From: a bacterium
GTDB lineage: Bacteria; Hinthialibacterota; Hinthialibacteria; Hinthialibacterales; Hinthialibacteraceae
DNA length: 40,835 nt
Direction: 5' to 3'
Assembly (NCBI GenBank): GCA_963663405.2
Contig: CAXXSM010000006.1
Span: forward strand, 1-40,835
Shown here: positions 18,741 to 27,036 of the stretch, piece after piece
Numbering within the stretch: position 1 is the stretch's first letter
Layout of the letters: every line of letters begins with the position of its first letter
Program-made: the position numbers and the translations under genes
The notes under the pieces: model-generated
What the model was told of the DNA's origin: nothing
Databases searched by the model: none
The model's input: the letters and a program-made list of their open reading frames with translations, nothing else

Positions 18741-21700
18741 TGGTTTATTCAACAGAATGGTATACAAATCCCGCCAATGGAAATCAGTACACGGTTCATA
18801 CAAATTCAACCTCATGGCAAACCGCCGAAGAGTGGGCTGTATCTCAGGGGGGTCATTTAGTCGCAATAAACGATCAGGCCGAAAACGATTGGATTGTTGA
18901 TACTCTTTTACCAGAATTTTCAAATACTCAATTGCTTTGGATTGGATTGTATAAAGATAATGGAGTTTATAATTGGGTAAATGGCGAACCGGTAATCTAT
19001 ACAAACTGGCATCCCACCCAACCGGATTCTGATAATTTGACGGTTCTTGACACTGATCCGAACAGAGGACCAGGGCTCTGGTGGTCTATATCCACAGGAA
19101 CCAGGAGTTCGATCATAGAAATCGCTTCTGGAGGACCTTACGAAACACCAACACCTTTAAATACACCTATACCGATAGATACACCTACTCCGATTCCTGA
19201 ACCGTACATCAACACACCGGAAAATTTCCCAGACCCGAATTTCCTTAACCGAGTTGAAAGTTTCATGGGAGGAGATTTCACAGAAGCCCAAGCGGCGGTG
19301 AAGACAGGTGCGTTGTACTGTCAAGGTTATAACATCCGTTCTTTGATCGGAATTGAATATTTTACCAGTATACATGATCTGTACTGCGGTGATAATCAAT
19401 TAACCAGCCTGGATGTTTCCAACAACACCGCTTTGGAAAAACTCTGGTGCTTTGATAATCAATTAACAAGCCTGGATGTCTCCAACAATACCGCTTTGGA
19501 GTCTCTCTACTGCCATGAAAATCAATTAACCAACCTGGATGTTTCCAACAACACCGCTTTGATTGATCTCCGATGCCATGTCAATCAATTAACCAGCCTG
19601 GATATCTCCAACAACACCGCTTTAGAATATCTCGTCTGCTCACAGAACCAATTAACAAGCCTGGATGTCTCCAACAACACCGCTTTGAGATATTTCTGGT
19701 GCGAAGGCAATCAATTAACGGAAATTTCAAGCCTAGTCTCCAATTCCGGTATCGGATCAGGAGATGAAGTAGATGTATCATACAACAATCTAACTTGTGA
19801 TGATTGGGATGATATTCTCATACTGAAAAACCGAATTGGCGCAGGTTTTGTATATTCCCCTCAAAATGGTTTATATCCATTTGATTGTAACAACAACATC
19901 AACACACCAGAAAATTTTCCGGACGCGAATTTTCGTAGCACCGTTGAGAATTTTATGGGTGTTCCACCAGGAGGCGATTTTACTGCTGCTGAAGCTGCAT
20001 CGAAAACGGGTATTTTAGACTGCTCCAACCTGGGTATTTTTGAGTTGGACGGCATCGAATTTTTTACTGGTATACAGAATCTCTGGTGCAATCACAATCA
20101 CTTAACCAACCTTGATGTCTCCTACAACATCGCTATGACCGAGCTCAAATGTTATTTCAATCAATTAACCAACCTGGATGTTTCTCATAACTACTCTTTG
20201 ATCTCCTTGTACTGCGACAATAATCAATTAACCGGTCTGGATGTATCGAACAACACCGTTTTAAATACCCTTTACTGCGGGGTAAATCAATTGACCAGCC
20301 TGGATCTTTCAGGTGCTGACTCACTGAAATCTCTCTGGTGTTTTAACAATAAGTTAACTAACCTGGATGTTTCCAATAATCCTGAATTGATAGATCTTAA
20401 ATGCTATTTCAATCAATTAACCAATCTGTATGTTTCTCATAACACCGCTTTAATCGCTCTCTATTGCGGTGATAACCAGTTAATCAGCCTGGATGTATCA
20501 AAAAACAGCAATTTAAATGAACTCTGGTGCGTTAATAATCAATTAAATAGCCTAGATGTTTCGAATAACATCGCTTTGAAAACTCTCCGGTGCGATTGGA
20601 ATCAATTAACCAGCTTGGATGTTTCTAGCAACATTGCTTTGACTGAACTCTGGAGTTTTGAAAATCAATTAACAAGCTTAGATATATCTAACAATATTGA
20701 TTTAAAATACCTTCATTGCTACTCCAATCAATTGAGCACTTTGGATCTATCCAATAACACTGATTTAATTGAACTCAAATGCTATTCTAATCCATTAAGC
20801 AGCCTGGATATCTCAAAAAACACTTCGCTGGTATTTCTTCATTGCTATGACAGTCAATTGACTCACTTGGATATTTCCAATAATTCCGACTTATGTTTGC
20901 TCTGGTGTTTTGAAAATCAATTAACAAGTATTGATGTTTCTAACAACATTTCTTTAAAATATCTTCGGTGTGAAAGGAACAATTTAACGGAAATTTCTAG
21001 TCTAGTCTCCAATGCCGGTCTCGGATCAGGCGATGAAGTGGATGTGTCGTACAATGATCTAACATGCGATGATTGGGATGATATTCTTACACTACAAAGC
21101 CGGATTGGATCAGGTTTTGTATATTCTCCTCAAAATGGTTTAGATCCTTTTGATTGTACATCAGTTGAAACACCTACTCCTGAACCTACTTTGATCCCAA
21201 CACCATATCCAACACCAGAATTATTCCCCTACATTGAAGACGCAAATGTGAATGTCGGTTACAACGTATATCATAATAATGGCCAGATAGATTCTTCATA
21301 TAAATTTGGCTTGAAAATAGACGCTTTTGGCGAATTCAGTGAGATGCAAACCAGCGATGTAACTCTTATGGCAAACGGAACTAGTTTAAATTTAGATTAT
21401 ATCGATGTCTCTTTAAGGGATATTATCGAAGATTCCGCTTCCCCTATCGCTAAAGAAGTAGCGGGAAATCCGGAAGACGCCTCTAAAAATTTAGAGAGCG
21501 TGGATATCCCGATTGTTCTAGGAGATCAAATATTAAACACTTTACAAGTCACTGAACCGAATTTTTATATCATAAAAGCCGGTGGAATTTTTGAAAATAA
21601 CCCGATACTAGGCGAATATGTTGTAGATGTACGAGATAGCAGTGACACAACGGCATCACATATAATCGGAACGTTGTTGGATTACCCACAGGATGCGCCT

Positions 21701-22771
21701 ATTTTAATTTATCCAGCACACACACAAGTTATCACAGAACGGACACCAACCTTTGTTTGGAATATTTTTAATTTTACCTATAATGGAAATCCTGTTGGAG
21801 TTTCAAATTATTGCCTCGATTTAGAGATCCCAAGCGGTGAATTATTTTCATTGTGGGATATTCCTTGCGATTATACGAGCGAACAATACTTTGCACATTT
21901 GTGGTGGAATCATAAGTTTGGATTGTATACATTTTTGCCTCCACTCCCAACGGGAAATCATACATTGAACCTAGGAGCATTCCAAAATATTGGCACCGGA
22001 TTTAATTTTTCTGCAAATCGAACAATTCAATTTACTGCTCCGATTGCTGAGGATATCAATAATGATGGATATGTTAATATACTAGATTTAGTAATGATTA
22101 GCATTCATTTTGGGCGACAAGTAAACGATGGACTCAATCCTATCTGGACATTCATCGGGGATGGCTCTATTCCAGATAGATCAGATGTAAATAGCGATGG
22201 AGTAGTAAATATATTGGATATGGTTCGAGTATCAATTTCTTTTGATAATGACCAGGCATTTGAAATGGACACTTATATCAATGCGAATTCAACGGATACC
22301 ACGAGTGGACAAGACACTGTTTTGGTAGTTCACTCGATAGGTCCATCCGTTAGTGGAAGTCACGTGCGTACTTTGATGCAGTTTAATGTCAATATTCATT
22401 CACCTAATTCTTTAAGTGCGATAATTAAAATCCGACTTGCTCAAGTTGATCATCCCGGTAGTGTTAAGCTGTATGGATTGGAAAAGGAATGGGATGATGA
22501 GTGGGCATCGTGGAACACTCGCATGGAGGGAATTAACTGGGAGATTCCTGGAGGAGTTTTTGATACTGACAACAAAATAACAGAGGTTCATTCGGATACG
22601 GCTAATGAAAATGGTTGGATGTCATTTGACATTACTCCATTATTTAAAAAATGGGTAAATGGGGATTTGACAAACTATGGAGTCATTCTTTATCCTGGCT
22701 CATTAGACGTTAGATTAGAATTTGATTCAATGGAATCTTCTAATCCACCCTATCTTGAAGTTACGTATTAA
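18680..22771 (+). CDS. Secreted multidomain protein: C-type lectin, two LRR blocks, one HxWWNH repeat unit, internal dockerin-like tag, C-terminal DNRLRE-like domain
   Basis: Signal peptide; GGHLVAINDQAENDWI; 21-aa (63-bp) LRRs NQLTSLDVSNNTAL..L.C; duplicated INTPENFPD cap; DTYIN...SFDITPLFKKWV..NYGVIL..PYLEVTY. Confidence 0.9.
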   Translation: MERLRFITGLSLIFCFTLSSLVYSTEWYTNPANGNQYTVHTNSTSWQTAEEWAVSQGGHLVAINDQAENDWIVDTLLPEFSNTQLLWIGLYKDNGVYNWVNGEPVIYTNWHPTQPDSDNLTVLDTDPNRGPGLWWSISTGTRSSIIEIASGGPYETPTPLNTPIPIDTPTPIPEPYINTPENFPDPNFLNRVESFMGGDFTEAQAAVKTGALYCQGYNIRSLIGIEYFTSIHDLYCGDNQLTSLDVSNNTALEKLWCFDNQLTSLDVSNNTALESLYCHENQLTNLDVSNNTALIDLRCHVNQLTSLDISNNTALEYLVCSQNQLTSLDVSNNTALRYFWCEGNQLTEISSLVSNSGIGSGDEVDVSYNNLTCDDWDDILILKNRIGAGFVYSPQNGLYPFDCNNNINTPENFPDANFRSTVENFMGVPPGGDFTAAEAASKTGILDCSNLGIFELDGIEFFTGIQNLWCNHNHLTNLDVSYNIAMTELKCYFNQLTNLDVSHNYSLISLYCDNNQLTGLDVSNNTVLNTLYCGVNQLTSLDLSGADSLKSLWCFNNKLTNLDVSNNPELIDLKCYFNQLTNLYVSHNTALIALYCGDNQLISLDVSKNSNLNELWCVNNQLNSLDVSNNIALKTLRCDWNQLTSLDVSSNIALTELWSFENQLTSLDISNNIDLKYLHCYSNQLSTLDLSNNTDLIELKCYSNPLSSLDISKNTSLVFLHCYDSQLTHLDISNNSDLCLLWCFENQLTSIDVSNNISLKYLRCERNNLTEISSLVSNAGLGSGDEVDVSYNDLTCDDWDDILTLQSRIGSGFVYSPQNGLDPFDCTSVETPTPEPTLIPTPYPTPELFPYIEDANVNVGYNVYHNNGQIDSSYKFGLKIDAFGEFSEMQTSDVTLMANGTSLNLDYIDVSLRDIIEDSASPIAKEVAGNPEDASKNLESVDIPIVLGDQILNTLQVTEPNFYIIKAGGIFENNPILGEYVVDVRDSSDTTASHIIGTLLDYPQDAPILIYPAHTQVITERTPTFVWNIFNFTYNGNPVGVSNYCLDLEIPSGELFSLWDIPCDYTSEQYFAHLWWNHKFGLYTFLPPLPTGNHTLNLGAFQNIGTGFNFSANRTIQFTAPIAEDINNDGYVNILDLVMISIHFGRQVNDGLNPIWTFIGDGSIPDRSDVNSDGVVNILDMVRVSISFDNDQAFEMDTYINANSTDTTSGQDTVLVVHSIGPSVSGSHVRTLMQFNVNIHSPNSLSAIIKIRLAQVDHPGSVKLYGLEKEWDDEWASWNTRMEGINWEIPGGVFDTDNKITEVHSDTANENGWMSFDITPLFKKWVNGDLTNYGVILYPGSLDVRLEFDSMESSNPPYLEVTY
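22049..22246 (+). repeat. Dockerin-like module, copy 1 of 6 (198 bp)
   Basis: EDINNDGYVNILDLV...DVNSDGVVNILDMVRVSISFD. Confidence 0.88.
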
Positions 22772-22841
22772 ATGCACTAATCGAACACACTCGAACAGTA
22801 ACCTAAGGTTTATGGATATCTTATCATGCTATTATATCGGC

Positions 22842-23225
22842 ATGGGAAAATCTAAAGATATCAAACAGAAGATCCTTGTCGGCCAACACCGGCGGACGTG
22901 GGAATGGTTTGGGATCGTGCGGGAGTCGGATGGTAGCCAGTCTAAGAATTACGGACCGTTCAAATCCGCGAAACATGCAGAGGCAGTGATTCGGAAGGTT
23001 TGGGGGATTCCGGGGGAAGTTGAGACTAAAATGAATCCCTGCACCGGAATTACGATATTGTTGAGCATTCCGGTGACTTTAACCGCCTTCGATGGTTGGA
23101 TTCATTGCTTCATAATTGTTATCATTTCCATCATGTCCTGTTCAATCGCGTTTAAGTTTAAGAAAAAACTCGATTTCTATCCCATGAAATCTCAGAAAAA
23201 AGCCATCCCTACCGAGACGTATTAA
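22842..23225 (+). CDS. Hypothetical protein, copy 2; 1-base insertion near 23034 extends its C-terminus
   Basis: Direct DNA repeat of ~16480-16860. Confidence 0.55.
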   Translation: MGKSKDIKQKILVGQHRRTWEWFGIVRESDGSQSKNYGPFKSAKHAEAVIRKVWGIPGEVETKMNPCTGITILLSIPVTLTAFDGWIHCFIIVIISIMSCSIAFKFKKKLDFYPMKSQKKAIPTETY

Positions 23226-23341
23226 TAACAATATTGTCAACTGCTTATCGGTGGACCGATTCTTGGATAATAGCTACATGTGGTCCGATCCAAGCCAAAC
23301 TGGGTCATTCTTTATCCTGAAAACCTCAATGCAATAAATAT

Positions 23342-23782
23342 TCAATCAAATGCGATGGACACGCGGACCATATCCAGAATATTGACTACGCCGTCATTAT
23401 TCACATCCGCTTTGTCGGGGATGGAGCCATCGCCGATGGATGTCCAAAGTGGAATGAGACCATCATTCACTACCCGGCCAAAGTGGATACTAATTAATAC
23501 TAAATCTAAAATATTGACAAAGCCATCGCCGTTGACGTCCTCCTCTTTCACTTCCTCAAAATAGAGTTGTCCGATAAATCCAGTATAAATGACAGTCTGT
23601 CCACTTCCGGAGGATGAGGTTCCCCCGGTCTCCAGCGCGGCGAACATCGACACCGCGCCCCCACTTGAGGCTTGCGCCCCCGATCCGATCCCGCTGGGAA
23701 CAATCTCCGTGTCGGCTTGGGCGCCGAATGGGAAGAGTGAAATACATATTAACAAAGTAAGAAGCATTCTTTTTGTGTACAC
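23342..23782 (-). CDS. Small secreted Gly/Ser-rich protein with C-terminal dockerin-like tag (copy 2, 23345-23542)
   Basis: AGGAG RBS before GTG 23782; signal peptide ending AQA; tag EDVNGDGFVNILD... Confidence 0.82.
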   Translation of the reverse strand: MYTKRMLLTLLICISLFPFGAQADTEIVPSGIGSGAQASSGGAVSMFAALETGGTSSSGSGQTVIYTGFIGQLYFEEVKEEDVNGDGFVNILDLVLISIHFGRVVNDGLIPLWTSIGDGSIPDKADVNNDGVVNILDMVRVSIAFD

Positions 23783-24094
23783 TTTTTTTCTCCTATAATC
23801 TTTTATGAAAGCCAGGACTCTCATCCGCGCCATCAAAAGTAATCCTCGCGGTTGCTCGATCTTTATGTGATTCAAACCATCAAAATCCCGCGCGAGCTGG
23901 GGAGATATATCTCCCCAGCGCCCCTCTCCGGTTTCTGAACTCCAAATCTTTCCCTCTACCACCGTTCATTCCATCTTCCATGAACGGGCGGACGCCGGCT
24001 GCCGCTTCGCCGCCGCCCGTCCATTCCAGATTCCATTCTCTACCTATTCCGTTCTCCGAGTTTTCTCCCTCCAAGCCCTATAGGGTAAAAGCAC

Positions 24095-26356
24095 TCAAGG
24101 GTAAGACCTCAGGAGCCGGAAGCCAATGTAGTTGTAGCGGTAGCCGGGCGAGTCGTGGCTGCGATCCGCTGACCGGCAGTTCCTGGCGAAGTTAATCCAA
24201 CTGCCACCGCGAAGCACACAGTTCGAGCCGGTAGTAGGACCGGTTGGATCGATTTTATTTTCAATGGTATAATACGTGCTACTATACCAATCATTACACC
24301 ATTCCCAGACATTTCCACTCATATCATATAGGCCCCAGGCATTTGGTAGTTTTAAACCGGCTTCCTGTGTTTGTGACGATGAATTACTATTATACCAAGC
24401 GTAATCCCCAATCTCCGTATAACTCGGATCATCCCCCCAATAATACCGCGTCGTAGTTCCCGCCCGGCACGCGTTCTCCCATTCCGCCTCCGTCGGCATT
24501 CGATAGCCATCCGCTTCGTAATCTATCGCCCACGTTGATAGATCATACACAGGCGTCCTTCCCTCCATCTCACTTAAGCGATTGCAAAATCGCGCGCAAT
24601 CATACCAATTCACCTGCTCCACCGGATGATTGTTTCCACTAAAACCCGAAGGAGTAGTACTGATTCCCCATGGATTCCCAGCCATCACCGCCACCCATTG
24701 CGCCTGCGTCACCTCATACTTCCCCATGTAATAATCTTTCGTAATCATTACACCATGCTGGGGTTTTTCCCAATCAAACGCATCCGGATCGCTATCCGGG
24801 CTTCCCATTTTGAATACACCCGCATTTATATTAACCATCTCAAGTGGTTTGGCGCCCGCTGCCAGATTGGGTAGATTTACCGTAATCACATCCCATCCAG
24901 ATGGCCATTTCCCTTTCACCGAATCGGCCACTTTCGCATGGTCTGCATCTGTAGCCTGATCCGCGCTTGCCGCATGACCTGCGCTTGCCGCATGACCTGC
25001 GTTCGCCGCTTGATCGGCATTCGTCGCTTGATCGGCAAGATCGGCATGATCGGCATCTTTCGCTTTGAATGTATCGGCGGTTAATGTCCCCGTGACCGTA
25101 AGATTCCCAACATCAGCCGTCCCCGATACATCCATATCTCCGTGAATAAACGTCCCACCATTGGCGCGAACCACGAACTGGTTTTCGCCTGTGGATTCAA
25201 TATCCGCGTTCGTGCTGTCACCCCAGACAAAACTGCCATCGTGCAACGCTTTCGCCCTTCGGCCAGCCGCGAAACTTAAGCCTCCTTCAGCAGTGTTGCT
25301 TAATCCTCCAGGGACGGTTCCATAATTCCCACTTGCGGTGTTGCCCTGTCCTCCACCGACGGTGGCTCTCGAACCTGAGGATGTATTCCAGCCTCCACCC
25401 GCGACGTTTCCATACTCACCTTCAACCGTGTTATCAATTCCACCCGCGACGGTTCCATAATTCCCACTGGCTGTATTGCTTTGTCCTCCACTGACTGTGG
25501 CTCTATCACCGGATGCGGTATTGGTAAATCCCCCTCCTACGGTGGAATCAACTGCCCCTGCAGTATTCTGCCGGCCACCACCGATGGTTCCATAATGGGC
25601 GGTCACTTGGTTGAGTTGTCCTCCCTGTCCGCCCCCACTAATAGTCGCGCCCCACATACCATCTGTGACACTGTTTCCAGAATTCCCAGCAATAACATTA
25701 GGTGAAATAGATTTCGGTTCCAGCCGCATCACGCGTTGACTGTTCACGTGTAGTTCCAGCGCCTGGTTATCTGTCGTCCCCAGAAAATCAGTTCCGGGCG
25801 TGGTCCCCGCGTTGCCTGTCAGCCCCCAGAGCGTTGTGATATCGAAACCGGTTAGCGCGTCCGCCACATCGGCGTGATTTGATGTGGCTGCTTGATCCGC
25901 TTCCCCCGCATGCGCCGCTTCCATCGCATAGCCGACAACCAGAATCCGCTGATCGGTCGAGAGTTGCTCAAACGTCTCAGCAGGTGGAGGAGTAGAACTG
26001 AACCAGACCCGCAGATAGACTTCCGGATAACTAAACACATCCGGCGTAATCTCATCATCCATGTTGGTCAGACTGGTGTCTCCCAATCCGAGCGAGAACA
26101 ATCCCTCATTCACAGAAAGCGAGACCGCGTTCCCAGGCTCTACATTCGTCCCGGACGTCCCATCGTTGCTCCACAAAATCAATCCTGTTGAATCCACCAA
26201 AGCGAATTTGAAATGCCCTGTTCCATCATAGGGCGATCCATTCACCATCACTCGTCCCTGGTACCCCATAATCCCCGGTACCGCCGCGCCTGCTAAAGAA
26301 ACCAAAAACATGGAAACAAAAAAACCTGTGATGATACGAATCGTTCTCTTAAACAT
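24095..26356 (-). CDS. Secreted fibre/adhesin-like protein with C-terminal FGE-sulfatase (CLec-fold) domain; probable DGR target
   Basis: Signal peptide, YQGR N-terminal domain, 14-aa GGG..NTA.G repeats, Ala/Asp/His stalk, FKMGS, KYEVTQAQW, RMPTEAEWE, GLYDMSGNVWEWC, RGGSW...GFRL. Confidence 0.9.
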   Translation of the reverse strand: MFKRTIRIITGFFVSMFLVSLAGAAVPGIMGYQGRVMVNGSPYDGTGHFKFALVDSTGLILWSNDGTSGTNVEPGNAVSLSVNEGLFSLGLGDTSLTNMDDEITPDVFSYPEVYLRVWFSSTPPPAETFEQLSTDQRILVVGYAMEAAHAGEADQAATSNHADVADALTGFDITTLWGLTGNAGTTPGTDFLGTTDNQALELHVNSQRVMRLEPKSISPNVIAGNSGNSVTDGMWGATISGGGQGGQLNQVTAHYGTIGGGRQNTAGAVDSTVGGGFTNTASGDRATVSGGQSNTASGNYGTVAGGIDNTVEGEYGNVAGGGWNTSSGSRATVGGGQGNTASGNYGTVPGGLSNTAEGGLSFAAGRRAKALHDGSFVWGDSTNADIESTGENQFVVRANGGTFIHGDMDVSGTADVGNLTVTGTLTADTFKAKDADHADLADQATNADQAANAGHAASAGHAASADQATDADHAKVADSVKGKWPSGWDVITVNLPNLAAGAKPLEMVNINAGVFKMGSPDSDPDAFDWEKPQHGVMITKDYYMGKYEVTQAQWVAVMAGNPWGISTTPSGFSGNNHPVEQVNWYDCARFCNRLSEMEGRTPVYDLSTWAIDYEADGYRMPTEAEWENACRAGTTTRYYWGDDPSYTEIGDYAWYNSNSSSQTQEAGLKLPNAWGLYDMSGNVWEWCNDWYSSTYYTIENKIDPTGPTTGSNCVLRGGSWINFARNCRSADRSHDSPGYRYNYIGFRLLRSYP
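24098..24232 (-). other. DGR variable-region-like segment
   Basis: NNC/NNT codons at canonical AAY positions in a GC-rich frame; no matching template repeat in the window. Confidence 0.6.
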
Positions 26357-26396
26357 TCCGTGCTCTCCTTAAAATTAAGATGTTCTTATCAATACA

Positions 26397-26441
26397 CAAA
26401 AAGCCGGACCACTTCAAAATCATTTGAAGGCGGCCCGGCTA
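26397..26441 (-). terminator. Intrinsic terminator (riboswitch expression platform)
   Basis: AGCCGGGCCGCCTTCAAA-TGAT-TTTGAAGTGGTCCGGCT-TTTT on the minus strand. Confidence 0.8.
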
Positions 26442-26506
26442 TCTTTTCTATACCAAGATCCGTGGCTTTCCGTCCCTATCTCTCGATAGGTTTGGCTTTA
26501 TCTAAA
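26427..26506 (-). ncRNA. Cyclic di-GMP-I (GEMM-I) riboswitch
   Basis: Minus strand AAAGCCAAACCTATC-GAGA-GATAGGGACGGAAAGCCACGGATCT...AGATAGCCGGGCCGCC: P2 with GNRA loop, GGGACGGAAAGCC core, P3. Confidence 0.88.
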
Positions 26507-27036
26507 TTACCGAAACAATAAAATTATAATACTATATATATAGATTTACGTATATATAATAATATGAGAAAGAAAAGAGATTAATTTTACCACTTAAAAT
26601 CAACATTTGTCAATACAAAATCAGAAAAATCATAAATAAATAAATATTTTTGCAATATATCGTTACACAGTTTTTTTGATCAATTGAAACAAAAAAATAA
26701 GATATTTCTCTTTCAAAAAAATCCAGCCTTTAATCCGCTGTTAACATTCCTTATATTTATCCAGATATACCTGTAAGAAATAAAACTATAAATTCAATTA
26801 TTTATATTAAAAGACTCTCCAATTCTACAAAGTTTTATGAGTATGTCTATCGTGAATAGTCATGATTTTGAATGGCAAAAATCGCTAGTTACACTAGCTG
26901 TAACTGCTAGTAATGAATGTTAAAATTTGGGAGGGATTGATAGATTTAAAGGATGCAAATGAGAATCATAAATATTTATAAAGGTTTGAAATGGTGTAGG
27001 TTACGTCTTAGTAGTTCATGTAAAACTTAACCGAAT

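Noticed and set aside
19389-20990. AAC-rich 63-bp repeats as a DGR template or CRISPR
   Set aside because: They are in-frame LRR coding repeats with no similarity to the VR at 24098-24232
23783-23962. N-terminal extension of the 206-aa track ORF
   Set aside because: The RBS and signal peptide point to a start at 23782
26780-26812. dif-like TTATATTAAA
   Set aside because: No XerC arm at the right spacing; expected by chance in very AT-rich DNA
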